Assembly (NCBI GenBank): GCA_017467515.1 | Contig: JAFUSU010000028.1 | Location: 41,735-105,734 of the forward strand | Origin: Alphaproteobacteria bacterium | GTDB taxonomy: Bacteria > Pseudomonadota > Alphaproteobacteria > RF32 > CAG-239 | Length of the DNA: 64,000 nucleotides | Reading direction: 5' to 3' | Shown: positions 57,281-64,000 of the stretch, one piece after another | How the letters are laid out: every line of letters begins with the position of its first letter | Numbering within the stretch: position 1 is the first letter of the stretch | Program-made: the position numbers and the translations under genes | Notes under the pieces: model-generated | Seen by the model: the letters and a program-made list of their open reading frames with translations, nothing else | Database searches by the model: none | What the model was told of the DNA's origin: nothing

Positions 57281-58646
57281 AAGCTCGACCCTCTACTTCG
57301 TCAAATAGTTTTCCGTCGCTTTCGCGTCGCGCCCTGCCGCCGAATAAATCTTGCCACCACTTAACTTCAACGTCAACGTAACGCGGGTCTAGTTCCATAA
57401 GACGCGCCTTGCGCCCCATGTTTTCGGCCGCGATCATTGTCGAACCGGAACCACCAAAGAGGTCGAGCACAATTTCATTCCGAAGTGACGTGTTCGTCAT
57501 AGCACGTTGCGCTAATTCAACCGGTTTTTGCGTTGGATGAACGTATGTGCTGACGCTGTCCTTTTTTATTGGCCAAATATCGCGGCCGGCTTTTAGTGCA
57601 TCCAGCACTTCGACTAACTGCTCGCGTGGCCATTCGTTAAAGTCAGTGTCGGCTGTTTTCCAAAGTGTTTTTTGTTTACGGTCGCCGAACCATTTATTGT
57701 TTTGTCCTTCGTGACATCCGTAAAAACACGGCTCTTGGCTCCAGTGATAATCGGCATAACCGAGCACCATTCCTTTTTCCCATATTATTTGCTGTTTCGG
57801 TTTCAATCCGGCGGCTTTTATGGCGGTTTCAAAATAGACGTGGTTTGCTGAGGCGAACCATATATAAAAAGCGCGATCTTTGCGTAAATAACGTTTGATT
57901 TGCTGAAATACGGCACAAAGGAATAAAAACAATTCGTCGCCGCGTAATCCGTCGTTTTTGATTTTCTGCCAGTCTAACCCTGCAGGAACGCCTTTGTAAC
58001 TGACGCCGTATGGTGGGTCTGTGAATACTAGGTCGGCGAGTTCGCCTTGCATTAACTTGTCGACGTCGTCGGCATCCGTGCTATCGCCGCACATAACGCG
58101 GTGGTTTCCGTAAATCCAAACGTCGCCTTTTTTACTGCGGACCGTTTCCGGCACTTCCGGCGCGTTATCCAATTTTTCAACGTTGACCTCTTTTGGCTCA
58201 TCTTCTATTTCCGCGAGTTCGTCGTTTAATTCGTCAAGGCTCCAGCCGGTGCATTCGATATCCGCGCCGAGTTCCATTAACCGGTCGATTTGTCTTTGCA
58301 AATTTTCAAAGTTCCACTCGGCCATTTCCGCGGATTTATTATCGAAAATTTGATATTGTATGCGCTCGGCTTCGGTCAAATTATGTAAAACAATAACCGG
58401 AACTTTTTTTATGCCGAGTTTCAACGCCGCGAGCCGTCGGCCGTGTCCAGCAACAATGACGCCGTCGTCGTCAATTAAAATCGGATTAGTCCACCGCTTA
58501 ACCATCGATTGCGCAATCAAATTTATTTGTTGGTCTGGGTGGTTTTTTGTGTTGAGCGGATCGGGAGTTATATCCTCAATATTCCGAAGTTCCAGTTTCA
58601 TGGCGGATAATTTTTCCACGATTTCGTTTTCGTTAATATCATTCAT
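57258..58646 (-). CDS. ParB-like nuclease domain fused to a DNA N6/N4 methyltransferase
   Basis: It has an N-terminal ParB/Srx motif (ILIDDDGVIVAGHGRRLAA), a DPPY motif (VFTDPPYG) and a C-terminal SAM-binding FGGSGST. Confidence 0.85.
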   Translation of the reverse strand: MNDINENEIVEKLSAMKLELRNIEDITPDPLNTKNHPDQQINLIAQSMVKRWTNPILIDDDGVIVAGHGRRLAALKLGIKKVPVIVLHNLTEAERIQYQIFDNKSAEMAEWNFENLQRQIDRLMELGADIECTGWSLDELNDELAEIEDEPKEVNVEKLDNAPEVPETVRSKKGDVWIYGNHRVMCGDSTDADDVDKLMQGELADLVFTDPPYGVSYKGVPAGLDWQKIKNDGLRGDELFLFLCAVFQQIKRYLRKDRAFYIWFASANHVYFETAIKAAGLKPKQQIIWEKGMVLGYADYHWSQEPCFYGCHEGQNNKWFGDRKQKTLWKTADTDFNEWPREQLVEVLDALKAGRDIWPIKKDSVSTYVHPTQKPVELAQRAMTNTSLRNEIVLDLFGGSGSTMIAAENMGRKARLMELDPRYVDVEVKWWQDLFGGRARRESDGKLFDEVEGRAYDSYNQE

Positions 58647-58733
58647 TTTCGCAACTCGTTTTTTTCCTTGTAAATCTGCCGATAGGCCGCGCCTCGCGCT
58701 GACCCCCGACGGATGGGTGCTAAGAAGAACCTA

Positions 58734-59354
58734 TCACCTAGCCGTGCGGAGCGCCGCTGTCATCGCTCTATCGAAAAATACGCCCATATAACGTTGCGCC
58801 CGCCGTTGCGAGATCAACTTCATATCAAAGCGCGGGTTAATTGTTTGTTTCTTTCGGCGTGAAAATAAGGCCGTGACTGTTCGGCTTTTGCCTTTGCGTT
58901 GCATAATGAGCGTTTTTCCGTCCTTTGTTTTGGTTATGAAGACGCCCTTTTGTGTCATCGCCTTACCTGGTCCGAAGTTCCGTTTGCGTCCCTGCACCGG
59001 CACCCACAAATATTTACTTTTGTTTGGGCGGCGAACTGTGCTTGTATCATCGATTTGCTGTGCAATGCCCCAGTGTTGGTTTCCGAGTATGGCTTGCATA
59101 CGGTCCAAGCCGTCGGACTTGGCGGCCGGTATTGTAGCAAATGAACTTCCAGGCGAAGGTTGACCGCCTAAGCGAGCGGTGCGGTGTGTGCGCGAAAACG
59201 GGGTAAGAGTGCGGAATTGGTGCGCGGCTTGCTTTGCTAAATCCTCGCCGATTTTGCTTGAAGTATTCGTCAAGGCTTTACTTGCGGCAAATGGTAATTG
59301 CTCTTTTGCCACGCTGTCCATGTAGTATTTCAAATCTTTTAATTCGACTTTCAT
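58734..59354 (-). CDS. Hypothetical phage protein
   Basis: It is a long ORF with phage-like composition. No domain was recognised. Confidence 0.5.
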   Translation of the reverse strand: MKVELKDLKYYMDSVAKEQLPFAASKALTNTSSKIGEDLAKQAAHQFRTLTPFSRTHRTARLGGQPSPGSSFATIPAAKSDGLDRMQAILGNQHWGIAQQIDDTSTVRRPNKSKYLWVPVQGRKRNFGPGKAMTQKGVFITKTKDGKTLIMQRKGKSRTVTALFSRRKKQTINPRFDMKLISQRRAQRYMGVFFDRAMTAALRTAR

Positions 59355-59462
59355 TTTCTGCCCTCTTGTTTATATCATAGTCAAATAAAACGAAAAAAGT
59401 CAATAAAAGTTTTTTGTTTTGACTTTTTATATTTTTCTTTTCTCTTTTTTCTTGGCTCTTAT

Positions 59463-59741
59463 TTTTACCGATTTTACCGATTTTAATGGTTTTTGTGGTT
59501 ATCGCTTTAAATTACAATAAATTAATACTGAAAAAAGTATAAAAAAAGGTATAATTGGTTAAAATGGTAAAATTTACAAAAAATCAAACAGTTATACAAA
59601 AATATTTATGTTTCAATGTGTTGTTTTCAAAAAATAATGTTGAAAAATCGGTAAAATCGGTAAAATCGGTAAAATGAAAAAGTCAAAAAAAGTATAGAAA
59701 AAGTGAAAATCTACGAAAAAATGACTTGACAATCGGTAAAA
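59463..59741. repeat. 9-bp iterons TCGGTAAAA in the divergent control region
   Basis: There are two tandem inverted copies (59463-59480) plus a degenerate third, three tandem direct copies (59648-59674), and one copy at 59733-59741 abutting a TTGACA -35-like hexamer. Confidence 0.8.
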
Positions 59742-59809
59742 TGAGAGCGAACCTAACACTATAACGCGGGGTTATCCGCAAAACTTATTGAAGCAAAGGG
59801 TCAAAAAAA

Positions 59810-60124
59810 ATGAAAAAAGTTAATGTATTTATGGTTCGCAAGCCTTCTGATATTGAAGACGTTATATCAACGACAAAAGCAAATCCAGGTAAAGAACGCG
59901 AAGTGCTTATTTCCGAAATTATCCTTGTTAATAAAGCCGCTTTTAACGCTCTTTGCGAAAATCCGCTTGCGGATTATGATTTTCTTTCGGGTAAAGGCGG
60001 AACTGATAAACACGGCAATTTGACCGCTGTTGAAGTTGTTTGCACGGAATTCGCCGGAATTATGAAACGTTTAATTATCAATCCGGAGGGATCCTCATAT
60101 TGTCGTTATATGGGTATTGCATAA
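59810..60124 (+). CDS. Hypothetical early protein
   Basis: It is the first ORF rightward of the iteron region, with an AAAGGG RBS. Confidence 0.5.
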   Translation: MKKVNVFMVRKPSDIEDVISTTKANPGKEREVLISEIILVNKAAFNALCENPLADYDFLSGKGGTDKHGNLTAVEVVCTEFAGIMKRLIINPEGSSYCRYMGIA

Positions 60125-60136
60125 AGGGGGTATATT

Positions 60137-60364
60137 ATGGCTATTGCACAACGTAATTTAATTTGTGGCGCTAAGGGTATTTACTCAACGGCTGACGGCC
60201 GGTATAATTTCATAAAACGCGGCCGTAAATGGTTTGTTTTTGACGTCCAAGGTGTTATGCATGGCAGACGTGCGGTGCCGGTGTTTGAAGACGGACATTC
60301 GTCGTTGCTTGAGGCTCGCGAGTTTCTGCGGCGTAAAACCGGAATTTTGGAATATCAAGCATAA
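60137..60364 (+). CDS. Hypothetical early protein
   Basis: It has a GGGGG RBS upstream and a terminator downstream. Confidence 0.45.
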   Translation: MAIAQRNLICGAKGIYSTADGRYNFIKRGRKWFVFDVQGVMHGRRAVPVFEDGHSSLLEAREFLRRKTGILEYQA

Positions 60365-60392
60365 AAAAACGCCCTTCGGGGCGTTTCGTTTT
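60363..60392. terminator. Bidirectional terminator
   Basis: Stem ACGCCC ttcg GGGCGT lies between an A-run and a T-rich tail. Confidence 0.75.
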
Positions 60393-60807
60393 ATAATAAC
60401 CTGTCCTTTTGTTGGACTTTCTTTAATGTTTCGAGCACAGCTTCCATTGCTTTTATCTCTTTGTCGGCCTTTTCTTGGCTCATACGCTTATTTTCAACCC
60501 ATCGCGGGTAAACCCTGCGGCGCATATTGATTTCGCGCTCTACGGCTTTTATTTGTTCTTCTATCGTTACCATTTGCCGAGCCTTTCTCTGATGAGGTTG
60601 TTTAATAGCTCCGCTTTGGCATTCAAACGTTCCGAAAAACGAAAAATATTTGACCTCAACACCGATTCCTGTCGGAATGGTGCGGTAACTCTGCGCCGGT
60701 ATAACGAGCGGGCGCTGAATAGCGGCGAAAAGGTCAAAGCCGCTGTCGCCGTCGCGGGTGGTCGGCTCCGGCATAAAATCCTTGAACTTCTTTATTAAAA
60801 ATTTCAT
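60391..60807 (-). pseudogene. dUTPase N-terminal remnant fused in frame to a small conserved phage ORF (likely real CDS 60391-60573)
   Basis: The first ~55 aa (DGDSGFDLFAA...IPTGIGVEV) are dUTPase-like and then break off. The C-terminal 60 aa (MVTIEEQIKAVEREINMRRRVYPRWVENKRMSQEKADKEI) form a separate module with its own Met. Confidence 0.45.
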
Positions 60808-60808
60808 T

Positions 60809-61078
60809 TTATGCCGCCTTCCGATATAGGTTGCAATGACAAACGCCGTCTTTGGCGATATCCTCTTTGCAATGCGGACTTATGCAGGCGCGGTCGCTGT
60901 CCGGATCGCAAGGGCAACGCGCCCATTTCTGACAGCCAAAGAAACGAAGTTTTGCGTTGGCTATCTTGTCGACGTTGTCGGTTACTTCATAGCCGTTGCG
61001 CTCGGCTGTTTGGCGTATCCTTGAAATTATCTCTTGCCTGCTGGCAATTATAAAAACGTCATCTTTGTTGTTTTCCAT
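60809..61078 (-). CDS. Ferredoxin-thioredoxin reductase catalytic-subunit-like protein
   Basis: The Cys pattern CPCDPDSDRACISPHC...GVCHCNLY resembles the FTR beta (CPC...CHC) motif set. Confidence 0.5.
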   Translation of the reverse strand: MENNKDDVFIIASRQEIISRIRQTAERNGYEVTDNVDKIANAKLRFFGCQKWARCPCDPDSDRACISPHCKEDIAKDGVCHCNLYRKAA

Positions 61079-61089
61079 TTGCTTATTCC

Positions 61090-61260
61090 TTATAAAAAAT
61101 AAATTAAAATCAAAATATCGGCCAAAAGTGCGCCGATGGCAAAAGCGACCGCGAATTTATAACGGCCGCGTAAAGCGTGAAACTTCTTTTGAAGTGCCAC
61201 GTATTTTTTTAAAGCGTCGAAGTATGAAGTGCCGTAATCGGGTTTAAATTCCTTTTTCAT
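61090..61260 (-). CDS. 56-aa tail-anchored membrane peptide (below the ORF-track cutoff)
   Basis: Hand translation gives MKKEFKPDYGTSYFDALKKYVALQKKFHALRGRYKFAVAFAIGALLADILILIYFL. It is packed tightly between neighbouring genes. Confidence 0.4.
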   Translation of the reverse strand: MKKEFKPDYGTSYFDALKKYVALQKKFHALRGRYKFAVAFAIGALLADILILIYFL

Positions 61261-61262
61261 GG

Positions 61263-61874
61263 CTATTCCTCAACGACGCGAAATCCGATTTTTCCTTGCG
61301 GATCACAAATGCGGATTATTTGGTTAACGAATTTGACGGCGCTTGAGGTATAAAGCCGCACACCGTTTCCGTGAATTTGATATTTATATTCGCCGCGTTT
61401 CGGCGTGTTCAAAATAACGGCGGTATATCCACCCAGCACGCGGTTAAATTCCGCGTCGCTCGAAACGTTGACGTAATTTTCGCTTGTTTCCGGCTGGGCG
61501 GCGGGAGCCGGTGTTCTAACAAGCGTATTATTTGGAGTATTGCCGCCCGAACTCTTAACGCCGTAATACGGCTTTGCTTTCGGTGCCGGTATTTGTGCCG
61601 GTGCCGGTTTTATGCTCTTTGCCTTGCGGTGGTTTTTCTGCCAGTCGCTTTCGAATATATACGAGGTTTGACTGCCGTATTTTATGGTCGGCGCTGGTTT
61701 GATTTTTTCTTGTATTTCCGGCGTTGTTTTTTTTGCTCCGGCTCGATAATCGCGGCGACCTGGTCTTTTGTTTGGTATGCTTAACGCTTCTTCCGGCGTC
61801 ATGCCTTGTTTTATTCTGAAATAATATGTCGGAAGTGCTATTCCTGCAGCCTGGCATTTCTCTTTAATTGTCAT
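61263..61874 (-). CDS. Hypothetical protein with N-terminal HTH-like segment
   Basis: The start was set at the Met preceded by a GGGAGGA RBS. MTIKEKCQAAGIALPTYYFRIKQGMTPEEAL is HTH-like, and the linker is proline-rich. Confidence 0.5.
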   Translation of the reverse strand: MTIKEKCQAAGIALPTYYFRIKQGMTPEEALSIPNKRPGRRDYRAGAKKTTPEIQEKIKPAPTIKYGSQTSYIFESDWQKNHRKAKSIKPAPAQIPAPKAKPYYGVKSSGGNTPNNTLVRTPAPAAQPETSENYVNVSSDAEFNRVLGGYTAVILNTPKRGEYKYQIHGNGVRLYTSSAVKFVNQIIRICDPQGKIGFRVVEE

Positions 61875-61884
61875 AAATTCCTCC

Positions 61885-62106
61885 CTAATTAAGTAAATGT
61901 TGCGGTGGTGTTTGTTCTTCTGCGTCCGGTTCAATTTCAATCGCGATTATGTGGCTTTTGTTTATATGCCAGCAACAGTCCGGATCGGAAAGTTCGACGC
62001 GGTTTATGCTTTTGTTGTCGTATGCGGCCATAAAGGCGCTGATTTGCGCGTTTGTGAGTTCTTTTTCAAGGTATCTGTTACCGGTTAGAAAAACGCGTAA
62101 AATCAT
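61885..62106 (-). CDS. Small hypothetical protein downstream of the primase
   Basis: The internal Met lies directly after the primase stop. The remainder of ORF 61885-62274 overlaps the primase and is discounted. Confidence 0.4.
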   Translation of the reverse strand: MILRVFLTGNRYLEKELTNAQISAFMAAYDNKSINRVELSDPDCCWHINKSHIIAIEIEPDAEEQTPPQHLLN

Positions 62107-62108
62107 AT

Positions 62109-64000
62109 TTACCACCCCCGACTGCTGCCGAAATCTGACCAGGTTTCTTCGCGCAGTTTTATGCCGACATACGCTTTTTCGCCGCGCGGCGTGGTTCCTT
62201 TGGTTATATGCCGCTCGTATAACCGGCGCCCGAATTTGTTTTTGGAATATGGCGCGTTTCCGTTTTCCTGGCACCAGTTCTTATAATTTTCGTATAGGCT
62301 TTTACAGGATATCGTCGCGGCGGTTGCTTTTATAGTGTTTTCTTCGAGGTAAGTTCCGAGAACGTCCATTTCCGAGCGGTATTCCTGCGTTGCTTCGCGC
62401 ACAATATCCGGCGGGTTCAATCCGTTTTTCTGCCAATCAAGGCACCCTTTGACTGCCCACGCTAATATGCCAGGGAGTTCGTTTTTAAGGCGCGTAATTA
62501 AAAGTTTATCCTTAAACGGTCCGTTGACCGGCGCGTCCGGATCGGTTTTGTCATAAAACTGCGCCGCGAATGGTATTAATAGCAAGCGGCGCCATATTCC
62601 GTCGTCGGTGCCGCGAACTTCCGGCTTGTGGTTTGTCGCCAACCATAGTTTGAATTGTGGCGAAAATTGGAAAGGATTTTGATGAAGATTTCGCGCGGTT
62701 ATGGTTGTGTCGCCGGTGGCTTCTTTGATGAGGCTTTCGTCAAGGGCGCGGTCGGCTTTGGTTTCGCTGGCGGTTACAAAACGCGCAGAGCGGAGCATTG
62801 CAAGAAATGGGTTTGCGTCGGTAACGCGGCCGCTCTCCATAAAGGCATCGGCTTTGGTTTTGACGTGATAATCGTTCATAATTGCCTGGATAGTGTCAAG
62901 AAACGTCGACTTGCCGTTGGAGCCTTTGCCGTGCAAAACAAACATACATTGTTCGCGCGTGTCGCCGCTTAACGAATAGCCTACGGCGCGTTGCACGAAA
63001 GATATTAATTCGCTGTCGTCCTGCAAAATCTCACGTAAGAATTTTTCCCAAGTCGGACACTTGGCTTTCGGGTTGAACTCGACTGTGCTTTGTTTGGTGC
63101 AGTAAAATTCCGGCGAGTGTTTCATTAATTTACCGGTTGTTAAATCAATAACGCCGTTCGCACAGTTGAAATATAGCCGGTCGCGGTCGAGGTGGTCTAT
63201 GTCAACCGCTAAATCCGGTTGCGCTAATTTCAAAGCGTAATTTATACGGCCGCCTTCCTGGCTCTTTTTACACCAGTTTTTTATGCCGTTTTTTTGGTGT
63301 TCTTCGACATAATCGGCTTCGCGGGCTATGTCGAGCGCTGTTCTTTTGGCCATATTTATCACGCGAAGGTCGGCGTGCCGATTATCCCAAAATCCATGAG
63401 AATAAATTATCCACCCCATTCCTGGTGCATATTTGACTATCTTTCCCCAGCGGGTAACTATGCGTTGCGAATTGCCGACGTCGGTCCGTGGTCTGTATGC
63501 CAATTCTGCAAATATACTGTCTTCGGGATCTGGATAATCGGCTAAGGCGTTATAATATTCGGCTGGCGGCTCCGGCGCGGTGTCGCGGGCGTCGCGCACA
63601 ATCTGCGCGTCATTTATCATTTTAACGACGGCGTCCGCGCCCATTTCCTGCAGGAGTTGATTACTGTCTTTGATTGAAAGCGGCGGCCGTGCGCACATTA
63701 AATTCTTAAAGCCGCGGTCGAGAAACGTCGTTAACGTTTTATTCATTGTTTCGTCCGGCTTGCTGCCTGGTTCGTCGTTATCGCGAACAACAATTACGGT
63801 CCGGCCTTCGGGATTTTCAACTTTTGCAATAAAATTTATACCCATCGCACACCACACTTCCATTCGCGTCGTTTGCGCCAAGGTTAAAGCGTCTTCGGGT
63901 CCTTCGGTTAAAAGGATTGGTCCCTGCGGATCGCCTTTTATCTTAATCGGATGACCGGCAGGAAAGCCGTTTGTTCTTTTTTTGACGGCCAGATTTGCTT
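62109..64000 (-). CDS. P4-family primase/helicase (Toprim plus D5-like NTPase), 5' end outside the window
   Basis: It has Walker A GKGSNGKST and a D5_N-like region. The frame stays open upstream of the listed TTG to the window edge, encoding a Toprim motif (ILLTEGPEDALTL). Confidence 0.85.
   Translation of the reverse strand, partial: ANLAVKKRTNGFPAGHPIKIKGDPQGPILLTEGPEDALTLAQTTRMEVWCAMGINFIAKVENPEGRTVIVVRDNDEPGSKPDETMNKTLTTFLDRGFKNLMCARPPLSIKDSNQLLQEMGADAVVKMINDAQIVRDARDTAPEPPAEYYNALADYPDPEDSIFAELAYRPRTDVGNSQRIVTRWGKIVKYAPGMGWIIYSHGFWDNRHADLRVINMAKRTALDIAREADYVEEHQKNGIKNWCKKSQEGGRINYALKLAQPDLAVDIDHLDRDRLYFNCANGVIDLTTGKLMKHSPEFYCTKQSTVEFNPKAKCPTWEKFLREILQDDSELISFVQRAVGYSLSGDTREQCMFVLHGKGSNGKSTFLDTIQAIMNDYHVKTKADAFMESGRVTDANPFLAMLRSARFVTASETKADRALDESLIKEATGDTTITARNLHQNPFQFSPQFKLWLATNHKPEVRGTDDGIWRRLLLIPFAAQFYDKTDPDAPVNGPFKDKLLITRLKNELPGILAWAVKGCLDWQKNGLNPPDIVREATQEYRSEMDVLGTYLEENTIKATAATISCKSLYENYKNWCQENGNAPYSKNKFGRRLYERHITKGTTPRGEKAYVGIKLREETWSDFGSSRGW

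Larger units (their letters stand above)
30744..64000. mobile_element. Integrated temperate phage (right end outside the window): lambda-like head, Mu-like contractile tail, DGR, P4-type primase
   Basis: An integrase sits next to the truncated tRNA. Contiguous phage structural, lysis and replication genes follow, and G+C rises by eye relative to the backbone. Confidence 0.9.

Noticed and set aside
59463-59741. Short repeats (TCGGTAAAA), considered as a possible CRISPR array.
   Set aside because: The units are 9 bp, directly abutting with no spacers, present in both orientations, and sit in a promoter-rich intergenic region. They are iterons or operators, not CRISPR.
61885-62274. The full 129-aa ORF overlapping the 3' end of the primase gene.
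   Set aside because: The N-terminal 56 residues are an Arg-rich out-of-frame read of the primase. Only the part after the primase stop (from the Met at 62106) is plausible.

Overview
The window has two parts.

(A) About 1-30.7 kb is an AT-rich chromosomal backbone of a Gram-negative, probably anaerobic or microaerophilic bacterium. An alphaproteobacterium-like origin is inference only, from the FtsZ tail, the initiator tRNA and the gene set.
- Genes: a 5'-partial TolC-like outer-membrane protein; an NrdR-box-controlled class III ribonucleotide reductase locus (nrdD, a separate glycyl-radical mini-ORF, nrdG); cstA; an orphan LuxR-type response regulator; rsmD; an RluB-like pseudouridine synthase; tadA; a K/E-rich orphan protein; N-formylglutamate amidohydrolase; an SLT transglycosylase; acyl-ACP thioesterase; an M16 peptidase; ispH; a Schlafen/AlbA_2-like gene coupled to rnhA; pssA-psd; reverse rubrerythrin; ftsZ; a BI-1/YccA-like protein; and an orphan PilT/DotB-like ATPase.
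- tRNA-Val(GAC) and tRNA-Leu(UAA) are each followed by a duplicated block consisting of the tRNA 3' end plus its terminator.
- A visibly G+C-richer cassette of about 3.7 kb encodes a 1011-aa lipoprotein and is bracketed by direct copies of an 85-bp double-hairpin repeat.

(B) About 30.7-64 kb (continuing past the window edge) is a G+C-richer prophage inserted into an initiator tRNA-fMet gene, of which only the 5' 42 nt remain at the junction.
- Modules in order: P4-like tyrosine integrase, RNase H, spanin/endolysin lysis cassette, diversity-generating retroelement (DGR), Mu-like baseplate and contractile tail with a -1 frameshifted G/GT chaperone, lambda-like head module (E, D, prohead protease, portal, W, GpA terminase, Nu1-like small terminase), ParB-methyltransferase, an iteron-rich control region, early genes and a P4-type primase.
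- The DGR is complete: RT, a 126-bp TR, avd, and a 126-bp VR at the 3' end of the tail-fibre gene. All 18 TR/VR mismatches fall at TR adenines.
- Between terL and gpW lies an AT-rich, largely non-coding island. It holds an intact phage tRNA-fMet with its own promoter and terminator, three degenerate tRNA-like elements, two paralogous hairpins of about 80 nt, and two mini-ORFs for hydrophobic peptides.

The DGR is the best-supported special system. The tRNA-like/structured-RNA island is the least explained one.
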